A stretch of DNA of 64,000 nucleotides from Mytilus edulis (Eukaryota), in NCBI RefSeq assembly GCF_963676685.1, contig NC_092351.1:25296001-25360000 (forward strand). Reading direction: 5' to 3'. This document shows positions 53,023 through 64,000 of this stretch, one piece after another. Within the stretch, counting starts at the first letter, position 1; each line of letters opens with the position of its first letter. The position numbers and the translations under genes are program-made. Under the pieces are notes generated by a model that was not told where the DNA came from, searched no databases, and was given only the letters and a program-made list of their open reading frames with translations.

Positions 53023-56000
53023 ATGAGTAAAAAGAGTAAAATCCTTGTGGCAGCAATTGACTTTGGAACAACGTTTTCTGGATATGCGTTTTCTTTCAAA
53101 ACTGATTATGAAAATGATCCAATGAAAATCTCCGTCAATCAACAATGGACAGCTGGTTCTAGAAGCTTGATATCACTGAAGGCACCAACTGTTGTTCTGT
53201 TAGACAAATCTAAAAAGTTCCTGGCTTTTGGGTACGATGCTGAAGACAAGTACTCGGAGGCTGCTTTAGACGAAGAACATCTAGATTTTTATTACTTTCG
53301 TAGATTTAAGATGTTACTTCATGAAACAAAGGTAATTATAAAAACGCATTTTCATTAATTTGAAAGATGTTTTATTTGATATATCAAGGAAGGTATATGC
53401 TGACATGCCCCTTAATGCCAATGACTGTAAATTGGGTATGTCTCAGCCTTTTGGTAAAATTTGGCATACAACTTTAGTACTTAGAACTATGACTAAAGAT
53501 AAAAAAAAAATAATGCATCCATCGCTTTTAGTATTTGAAATGTTATTGATTGAATGCTTTTAAAACAGACTGAACATGTTTATAGAAAGCTTATAAAACC
53601 GACGAAAAACGGCTTCCTAAAATCTGTCTTAAAACCGTTAAATATTAAATTTCAAATTCTAAAATCCAAAGATTTTTCTTTGAAACAGGTTGTTTCCTCT
53701 TATCCTCGTTAATTGCAACTTTTTTGTGCACGGTATTATGAACCAATGGATAGCCTATTGAGAAGTTGGACTACATATTATAAGATAAATGTATTTATTC
53801 ACAACTAGGAATGTCATTGCTGAATGTCGCAAGTTTGTTTTTTCTAAGATATCAATTTGCTGAACGTATAAGGGGGGTTGTCTCTGACAGATTTTCTCCA
53901 AATATTATCTTATCCATAGAAATGATCTTGACAGTTTATATAGTTATTTTTATGTTAATTTGCTCCTTTTACAATGTAATTAAAATACCGATCTTTTCCC
54001 TGGCAAGCTTTGTTTACACTGGAGGATCTGAAAAAGCTCCGTTCTATATATTTTTAGACCGTTCGGGATTCTTTCAGTCTGGTTTTGCCGCATCGATCCT
54101 TCAACAAATCTGAAAGCTATAATTGTATTGGCTGATGAAGTAATTACTCCCACAAAAATTTAAACGAAGTGTTGTGAGATCCTTGAAAGCAAAGATTGGA
54201 CTGAGAATCTGTATTTTTAACCTATCTTTAATTTGCTTTATATAATGTTTGAAAATTATATTGTGATTATTCTGCTCATGTTTGTCGCCGTGATTGGCTA
54301 ATAAATGTTTTGTATTTCAATCAGATTGTTTCGTTTAAAGCGATTATCAACTGTCAGATTATCCATTTCGTAAATTTGACGTGCGTTATTCATCAATTTA
54401 TTTTAAAGCATCTTACACGAAAAACGATGATCAAAGACGATAATGGTAAAGAAATGCCAGCTCTAGAAATATTCTCCATGGTTATAAGATATCTGAAGGG
54501 TCATTTGTTAGAAACCCTGGAAACACGAGGAACTGGACTAGATAATAACGACATTCATTGGGTGTTAACAGTCCCAGCTATTTGGACAGAGCCTGCTAAA
54601 CAGTTTATGAGAGAAGCCGCAGAAAAGGTGCAGTGAAATTGTAAACTGATGGGGTTTTGTTTACCAACTTATTTTTACTAATCAAGAGATCATCGTATTT
54701 GGGGCTATTTATTTTAATCAATGTATTTCATATTCATCCATGTGAAAACCCACTTCTGTAACTGCTATTGATTTGTTGACGGAAATGAACACAAAAAAAT
54801 GACAAAAAAAAAAATTTAGATATCCCAACTAGTAAATGGAAGTGCTCTTTTCAAACTTATTTAGCTGACTTAGCAAACGGTTCAAACGAGAGGCGAAAGA
54901 TACATGTACAAGAGGAGCATTCTAACTCATGAGTCAAAAATAAACTAACAACGCCATGGCTACACAAGAAAGTTGTCAATATTTGTATTGGCGCCTTTCT
55001 ACATATAAAATTATGGAGTACGATATGATCGTCAATGGGAAAACTACAAATAAGATTCAAAATAAAAGTGGAATTCATTTCTCGCTACATTGAAGACCTG
55101 TTGGTGACCTTCTGCTGTTTCTACGGTCGGGCTGTTGTCTCTTTGACACATTCCCCATTTCCATTCTCAATTTTATTCAAACTGACAAATATAAGCAGCA
55201 AAACGTTTTGATGATCATATGTGGACATTTCCCCACTTTTAAGTGAAAAACATTACCAGAACGTTTAAACTTTGATAATGATTGGTCATTTTCAAATGCC
55301 TTGTTCTTTGAAAATAAAAAGAATGAAAAGGCAACTTTTTAATTTAAACTAGCGACAACTTGAACATCCTCGTTTTATTTATAGATAGATCTAATACTAA
55401 TAGGATTTCTGGGATATACTTTTTATATCTTCTATACTATCATATCTCGCCAATTTAAATCTAACTTGACTGAAATTATGCTTGCTTTTTTTAATTTAAT
55501 TCAGGTCTTATAACTATTTGTTGCTAAGTAAGACATCAAAATTATCAAATTTCATGTCATTATTAATTTATGGTATATTTTTTTTTTTAAACTTTAATTG
55601 GAAGATAAGTATGAGATCTTAAGCATGTTTAAAAACAATCCCTCTCTTCCTTGTTGATGCATGGCGTCAATGATGGTACAATGTGAAATTGAGAATGGAA
55701 ATGGGGAATGTGTCAAAGAGACAACAAGCCGACCAAAGAAAAAACCCAACAGCAGAAGGTCACCAATAGGTCTTCGATGTAGCGAGAAATTCCCGCACCC
55801 GGAGACGTCCTTCAGCTGGCCCCTTAACAAAAATGTATATGTTTTCAAGGGTATATTTTGATTTTATCCTTGAATCAATGTGAATTAAAACTACTCGGGA
55901 TAAAATATGAGGGATCCTTTTGTCAACTCGTTATTAGCCATCGGTATTGTTACAAATGACAGCACGGCACCACCAGGGAGCTTGTAATGTAATCTGTGTT

Positions 56001-57966
56001 GGTTAAATGACTTCATTTCTTTAACTGGCAAAGAGTGCTTTAGTGTCCGAAGAAAACATATATACTGACGTTGGCGAAACAAGTTGACCTAAACGTTAAT
56101 AATAATTGATTATCTATTTTAAATATATTCTAAGAACGTGCATCAGATATTTGTCCAACACCAAACTAAATAATCTTTATTATTGCCATTTGTTAATTTA
56201 GGCTGGTATTAGTGGAGAACAGCTTAGCATATGTTTGGAACCCGAAGCAGCATCCTTATATTGTCAACATTTACCAATAGAAAAACTTAAAGATAAGGAC
56301 GGTATAGGCAATGAATTTACAGCATCCGGAAGAGGGGCTAAATACATGGTTCTTGACTTGGGAGGTATGTTAGATTAAAGTTAAACATACATGTTCTGTC
56401 TTCTTTATATTGGCTTTACTTTATGAACTATCAGAATCATTTTTTGAACGGGAACAATTTATTCAGACCTGTTCCCCCCCTCCCCCCCCCAAAAAAAAAA
56501 CCCACATAAAATAGCGAAGATAACAATTAACTATGGTACGTCAAACGAATTCTAGTAAAGTGTTTTAATATAATAAATCGTAATTTTTGTCGAAAAAACT
56601 GTATCTAGGCTAGTAATAATATTATGCTAATTATTCCGACGATATATAGAACATACAATATAACTCTTATTCAGAATCGAAATAATTGATGCAAACTATA
56701 CTTTATTGTAGTTTAAAGATGGGTGGGCAGTATACGGTATTTTATACGGTATTTTATAGCTTGCTATCTGTTATGAGCTTGAAGACTGTACGGTAACCTA
56801 CAGTTGCTAACCTCTTACGAAATTTAAAGGTGGAGAGATTTATTGACGATCATACCGCATCTCTCCTTATTTTTATATATACTTTATAAAACTGACATGT
56901 AGAAAATATGATTTCAGGTGGAACAGCTGATATAACATGTCATCAGAAGGATGCCGAGGGTAGCCTCCGAGAATTACAGAAACCAAGTGGGGGTTCGTGG
57001 GGTGGCACACGTGTAGATGAAGCTTTTAATCAGCTTCTTATTAAAATTGTTGGTGGACATCATTTTAGAATTTTTCAAGAGAAAAACAAAGCTGATGCAT
57101 TAGATATCTTGAGGGAGATGGAAACAAAGAAAAGAAACATTACAAACGAAACCGAAGGAAAAGTCACGTTAAAAGTCCCTGTTTCACTAATTCAATCATT
57201 TGAAAAAGAAACGGGAGAGGAAATCAAAGAAGTTATAAAACAGATGGCATACGCAGGCAAAATGACTTGGGTCGGAGACAAGTTACGAATGGAGGCCAAT
57301 CTTTTCCGTGCATTGTTCAATGATCCAAAGACCAATTTGGTAAACCACGTGAAGGCTTTAATGACTAAAGGCCCTTTAAAAGATGTAAGCACGATATTAA
57401 TGGTCGGAGGTTTTTCCGAGTCTCCCATAATGCAGTCGGCAATTAAAGATGCGTTTCCGGGCAAGAAAGTCGTCGTTCCAGATGAAGCTGGGTTAGCTGT
57501 GTTGAAAGGTGCCGTTATGTATGGGCATCAACCACAAACAATTTCCGTCAGAATATCGAGATATACATATGGAATAAACATTTCTCCGCCATTTAAATCC
57601 GGTGAACATTCACCAGAAAGGCGTGTTAGCATTGAAGGTACAGACAGAGTAAAAGACGTTTTCAAGAAATACATAGAAGCCGACCAAACACTAAAAGTTG
57701 GCGAAGCTGTTAGTGGCCGTCATGTCACAATAAAGAAACGCCAAAAAGAAATGCTTTTAAAGATATTTGCAACTGAAGATAGTAATCCTAAATATGTCAC
57801 AGATAAAGGATGCGAGTATTTGGGAAAGGTTGTCATTCAGCTACCGGAAGTGGACGAAAAACTCAAAGTTGACGTGAAAATGATTTTTGGAGAAACTGAA
57901 CTTATGGTTGAAGCTAAGGAATCGACCACTGGTTCTACATACAAATCATTCTTTGACTTTTTGTAG
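53023..57966 (+). CDS. HSPA12: Heat shock 70 kDa protein 12-like (atypical Hsp70), 579 aa, 4 exons
   Basis: Exons 53023-53331, 54409-54627, 56202-56364 and 56918-57966, in frame. Motifs VAAIDFGTTFSGYAFS, WVLTVPAIW..AKQFMREAA, LEPEAASLYC, VLDLGGGTADIT, SGGSWGGTRVD, MVGGFSESP, AVLKGAV and FGETEL; no EEVD or lid. Confidence 0.95.
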
Positions 57967-60888
57967 AGAAGCTGATCTTTTTAATATGCGTTTTACAATT
58001 ATTGTTTAAGGTGTTATATTGAGAAAGATGACGGATGTTGAACACATTGATTGTATTACCACTTAGACATTAAAATAACAAATTTAAGCCAACGTGTTCA
58101 GTAATGGAAAAATCTAGCATTTTTTTTTAAATTTGTAAAACAAAGCAACCATTTGACTTTTTGTACAGAGTATTTGGTATATTCCGGATATGCATGAAAT
58201 ATTTTCCACAGGGCACAACAAATTACAAGATAATTATTACAATGTTTCATAAAGGTCAAGTATGGGATTCGGAAACAAGTTTGGAAAAACTTTTATAAAT
58301 CCGTCTCCCTTAACAAAAAAACAACATCTATTTAACAAACAATACTACGTGCCAACAGTATATTCAGTTTACAGGACACAACAAATTGAAAATGATAAAC
58401 GGGAAATTATGTTAGGTTTTCTTCTATGAACTTGTCCACAGAACTTCTCCAAAACCGTTTGTCAGATTTACCCAGGGTTCCATAGTATGTCTGACCTCTT
58501 GTTGGACCGTCGTGGTTTTGTTTTTGCATTGGGGTATACGTATATGAAGAGGTATTTTTTTGGCGGGGGGGGGGGGGGGAAGAAAGGAAGGATTGACTAT
58601 AGAACCCTATGGCATTTTTTTTTTTAAATTTTCAAATGATGATAAATTCAGAACAGTTAGTGAAAGACAAAAGGGATCTTCAGCAATGACTACGGGAACA
58701 TAATTATGTCTACTTGAAGGTAATGGTCAATTATGGCCTTGACCTTCGACCTTGAACAGATTTTTTTTAATTTCTAGCGGTTTTTTAATTTAAAAAATGG
58801 AAATTCTATTGACTTGGATGAATTATAGAAAGAGTCCTTGTGGCGTCATACTTAAAAGAAATTCGTCTGTGAGACAACTTAACACCATCCTTGTACAATC
58901 ATTTGTTGTTTTTGTTTTCTTCTTCGGCATGTACAAATCAAAATCCTCCACGTACTGAAATTACCCGTACACCTATTTTTTATGAGAAATAAATGTGCAG
59001 AAACATTATAAACATAAATCCAATTCAGTTTATTGCCTGTTCAATCAGCCTATCATCTCTAGAATTCACAACTGCAATTCTATTCTATGACACGAGCTAG
59101 ATGACGATGAGAGTGTCGTATTTATTATTCTGAAAACTTTGTGTCCAGCATGTATACATGTACAAGACATGTGAACTCTTCTATTGACAAATTGCTGGTC
59201 ATTGACGCCAATCAAAATTTGATCTGTAAATTACGCCCTCAAAAGACTCATCACGTCAGCTCGAAATCAAAAACGTTAAATAGGCCCAAGAAAAGGGACG
59301 AAGTTGAAAAACATTAGTAGTTCAAAAATTCTAAAAGGGTTTTGCCAGCTAAATACAGATAAGAGAAGGCCATTCCTGTAGAAAAAATATTTAGAAAAAA
59401 GTTTATTCAACAGTTGGTCCAAGGACACGAATATAGTCCCTAGTGTGAACAGTGTATAACTTGGATTTTTAATTTAATACACTTTTCCAATTCATTTCTT
59501 GATATTTAATGCATGAAATATTAAGTAAGGGGATGAAATTGCATTTTTTTTTAAATCGGGTGCTGTATCTTTATGTTAAGTAGTGAATTGGTCCAGTTCA
59601 AAAAGGTCAAATATCACTACGTTTGTAGTTGTCAAACTGAATTTTAGCCCCCCTTAACACAAATTGTCAATATATTGAATTAAAGCTGGTAGACATTTAT
59701 ACAATTTTGATATTATTTGTCCCACTAGTAGTACACTACACTGTAAAAATCTTTTTGAAATAGAGCAGGTGCGATTTTTTGAATTTGAATTTATTGTCTA
59801 AAAGAAATGCTCCACGAAACAACTGTGTTCCCGGGCCAGTTAATATGTAAGTTTGACCCTATAAATGATAAAACATGTTAACACAAAAGTGCTGACTCTT
59901 TGGATGGTGATATCCTTTGAGAGAAAACCCTCTGCCAGACGTGGCATCGACATAAACTGGGTGAATGTTTGTTTCAAAAAAACCTCATCATTGATACCAA
60001 TTTGTGTACGTTAGACGCGCGTTTCTTCTACAAAACCTCAAATAAATAAAGTTTAAAAGGTAATAGAAAGTATTTTAAAAAAATCTTTAGAATGCCTAGC
60101 CTGCGTAGCGAATCTTTGAAATTTGACGTTCCCTGCTTTAGATTGCATGTTGTTGGATAGTAATATGTGTTGAGTTTCTACACATTTATAAATATTTTCG
60201 GACAATAAAAAAAAAATCTCTAACTTTGTTTAAAGCGACAATATTGTGTACATATTGAAATTTACACATGCGTTAAATACAATGAGTACGTTTTAGTCGA
60301 TTGACTGTATGTGTGAAACATTGGTTGCAGCATACCAAAGGTCCAGATTACAATCTAAACAAGGTACACTATAAAGACACAGTTATGTCGAATGTCTTTT
60401 GTTAATTTGTAGTTTGATATTAACAATACAAGAATTATTACAATAACATTCAATAATATTTAAATAATTTGACATTTTATTATGATTTGATGGTAGTGTT
60501 CCGTCATGGTTTGTTTCTCGTGAGTTTTTAAACTGGATATTTTTTTAGATAATTGTAATCTTCGCCAAAAACGGTGGAATTATTTGTGGTTATGGCACTT
60601 CGACATCAGGTTTGTGATTGAAATTAATATTATATGTGTAAAGGGGATATCTTATGAAACTTCAGAATTTTTAGGTAGTATTTGGAATTGAAAATTGTTT
60701 ACAGCAAAATGTTTACCTTTACAATGTGTCAGTTAGATGGGGACAGTAACAACTAGGATTGTTTTCACCATATTAATATAGAATGTGCAATGGCACTATC
60801 GTACAGTATTAAAGAAAAATTAATAATGTTTGTTATTGTCATAACTGTGTGTCACATTCATTAATGAACTTGTTCTCCTTGATTCCAG

Positions 60889-63844
60889 AAAAGTGCCAGT
60901 AGTGCATCTTCAAAATCAAAGCGGTCGGCAATCATTAGACTCTTGAGACAAGTCAAAGATGCATACACTATTGACAAGATCAAGCAGGCTAAAGGGGAGT
61001 ATGAAGGTCTACTGGCAGCGGATCAGCGCTTTCAAGTTTACCCTGGGAAAGTTAGTTGTATATATGTGATGTAATAAAATAATAGAATTAAACGTTCAGA
61101 TATATGCATTTATTGACTATAAATGTCGGATGAAATTCTGAAGAAATTTTGCTATAATAGTAATTACTCCCTCTTCAATGTTGTTTAAACAACACGCATT
61201 TGTTTAATCATTTGTATGCATCATAAGCAGGTGACAACAATGAGACAGCAACCCGTCAACCAAGATTATAAGAAATCAGCATATATATGTCTGCAAAAAT
61301 GCATATGAACATGTGTCTACCAAAATATTTTATCACATGTTATTCATATAAATTTAGTACTTAATATTTATTTTCATCTAGGAACTCCTAGCTGTAGAGA
61401 AGCAGGATGTGGACAGGATTGAAGCATTAGCTCCCTTGCAGAAACATGCCAATGTTCTATATGAAATGTTAACCACAGATAGAAACGGTGTTCCCGTACA
61501 GAAAGAAGCACAAGACGAGCTGTGTCGACTCCTGGTAGTAAAGGAAGCATTTGATCTTATTTCAGCAAAACAGGTTAACAATTCAATCAATTAAATTATG
61601 TTTGTTTACTTACAACTTCGTTGATCATTCTTGATGCCGAAATTTTCTCGTTTTCAGGTAGGGTCTCCTGTACATGCAATATAGTAGGAAGTGGGTTTTT
61701 CCCCTTTTGTTTGGGGTGTAGTTTTGCAGATGGGTTGGTCAGTTTGGAGAGGCTACCGAATGTATAATTGTGGCGTAGTAATAGTGTATTCCAGGCTATA
61801 AACTGAGTCCCAATAAACTAGAGATTGTCTTTTTATAGCTTGTATATGCTTGCTCTGGGTATCAATTTCGTTCCGTGTGTGCTATTCATTCACAATCCAA
61901 ATCTTCGGTTACCACTATTGAATTAGTTAATTAGTTAGCATAAAATGAAAACCCATACCCATAAGGTTAACACTGATTAACACTATTATTATCATGATGA
62001 TTAGAATATGTTTAGTTATTAAAACAAAGCAGATAATTGCACGATAAATCTGTTATAGCTAGACGAAAAGAAGCGGTCTCGCTTGTGTGAGTTACCAGAT
62101 ACTGTCACTATACCATTAGAAGACTATGAAGACATGAGGAGAAAAATGAGACTTCAAAAACTAGAGCTCGATGAATTAAATTCTAGGTAGTGTAACATTT
62201 CAAATTAACTCTATAAGTAATCACATGAAGAAAATTTATCTCATTGGCAATCAATTTAAATCTTTAAATTCGATTTTATTACATATAGTAGAATTTTGAA
62301 ATGTTAAGTATTTCGGGTCACAAATAAATATTTCAGTATAATTATGTAAAGGATATTTAATGAATGCATAACATATAACAAATAATCTTTAGTGCATAAA
62401 ACATTAGTTCTTATTAAATTGTGCTTTAAGATAACATTTATGTAACATAAATTGAATCACAGCATTATATTATTGGCTCATTCGAGTCTACCTAGTCATC
62501 AAATGTGACGTAACTATAAAGCTGTTTTATATTTACATATTAAGGTCGAGTAGAAGACAACACCACGGACAATACCTTGAACTTGGTACTAGTAACCCAA
62601 TACGACCTACAAGAATAGGAGATATGTATGATGGTTTGTTTGACATACAATGGCACGAAGCACTGCCAGTAGTAATGGGACTGTATCCAGAAGAATCAGA
62701 AGCATTTATATTTCTAAGAGACTTGCTATTGGTATGGTTTCCATTAAGAAATAACCCTGCGATTTCAAATACATTTTGGTTATTTGTATGATATTCGATT
62801 GTATATGTAAACAAAGGGAAGATAAAACCATAACTCTGTACACAAATAAAATTAAAACAAGTTTAATGGTGAGATGCTCAATACTGATGCCCGCTATATG
62901 TGTTAGGTTAAAATAAAATTTAATGAGTGATAAACGTGAACATGCACAAGGGCAGATACATTTTTAAAAGGGGGTTCTAACCTTATGTCCCCATTCAAAC
63001 GCATTGGTCGTCCAAAATAATGGGGTTGCAACCCGCGTACTCCTCTTGGATCCGCCACTGTTGCATACTGTGGTAAAGTATTACCACAAGAAGCTTACTT
63101 TCAAGTTTCAGGAATCTCTGAATTATAGTTCATTAGAAAAATGCGACAAAAAGTTTATTGGACAGAGGGATAAACATACGAAAGAAAAAAAAAGACCAAA
63201 AAAACTAATGATTTTATAAAACGGACGCCATCTAAACCAATGTAGATATGTGCATCAGAAGGGAAAGCAAATTAAGAACCACTAAAGACACCCGACCGTT
63301 TGATCGTGATCAGGATTAAAAATTCAGTGTTTGAAAAACCGATAAAGCTATGCACACTTACAAAATGTGGAAAGGAAATAACATTATTTTAACAAAAAGA
63401 ACCGAAAATCGGTAAGACCAGACTGAAAACAGATTAGACTTATAGCACGAGGAGGAAAGCAGACCAATAAATGTTACACCTTTCAAAACAAAGACATGAT
63501 GTGTCATTTGTTAACAAAAGAAAATAGAACATCTATTATATTCATTTTATGACACAGGTTATATAACATTGGTTAAATGACTGGTCATCAGTCTAGTAGT
63601 TATTCATTCTTTTTTCATATGAAACATGAAGTGAAAGTCACAAAAACACTTTTACTAAATTTAAACAGATACGCTTATACAAATCTTATATTTTCAATCT
63701 AGTAAGGAAAAGGTATCCATTTAATGTGTTTTCATTTAGAAAGCCTACGACTTTAGTTCAGACATTGCCAGAGACGAGCAGGAGAAATTGGTCAGTCATC
63801 TTAATAAATCTGTTTTAGAACCTACCTTACACATGGAAGGACAG
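60889..63844 (+). CDS. Divergent MIEAP-type paralog 3, partial (start exon uncertain; 3' exons beyond window)
   Basis: Exons 60889-61050, 61382-61573, 62059-62186, 62545-62731 and 63740-63844 splice in frame. LELDELNSR|SSRR..SNPIRPTRIGDMYDGLFDIQWHEAL..EESEAFIFLRDLLL|KAYDFSSD parallels SALSR|LSK..SDPNRSTKLAEKYNNLYDNDWTDAL..EEAGVRFLLEIMK|HASTFCK, with the same intron phases (2, 0). Confidence 0.7.
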
Positions 63845-63879
63845 GTAAGGGTCATTTACACATGACATAAATAATGAAT

Positions 63880-64000
63880 AGAAGGTCGGTTGAAAACAAA
63901 ACTTTACGACAAAAGACATGATTTTAGCTTCCCAATTGTGAACTTTCCATTTTTATGCAGCAACATTGCAGCATCACCTGCATACGGAGTATATGTATCT
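63880..64000 (+). mobile_element. Penelope-like RT C-terminal fragment (intronic)
   Basis: EGRLKTKLYDKRHDFSFPIVNFPFLCSNIAASPAYGVYVS. Confidence 0.75.

Noticed and set aside
57192-57464. Antisense ORFs over real exons (also 21027-21293, 29667-29888, 62533-62814)
   Set aside because: Shadow ORFs of coding exons with no motifs or splice support.

Overview
AT-rich, intron-containing animal genomic DNA. The gene content and repeat families look like a mytilid bivalve (inference). I assembled six spliced genes by hand using GT-AG sites and phase-consistent exons: the 3' half of a PDZD11-like gene (+); a complete 6-exon secreted ependymin-related gene (+, 221 aa); two tandem 6-exon paralogs with a MIEAP/SPATA18-type C-terminal domain (-, about 676 and 647 aa); a 4-exon HSPA12-type atypical Hsp70 (+, 579 aa); and a third, very divergent MIEAP-type paralog (+) that runs off the window end. 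The main candidate for an undescribed system is this cluster. The atypical Hsp70 is flanked on both sides by MIEAP-domain genes, head-to-head with one and directly upstream of another. By eye, their coiled-coil, helical and beta-head layout and C-terminal motif resemble the GrpE nucleotide-exchange-factor head, which suggests an HSPA12-MIEAP chaperone/co-factor module (hypothesis). Intergenic and intronic DNA is dense with mobile elements: Tc1 with a nested LINE, hAT, CACTG/EnSpm-like, Harbinger- and Kolobok-like MITEs, HINE/pearl-like elements and Penelope-like fragments. It also holds two intact-looking and several decayed minimal type I hammerhead ribozymes.
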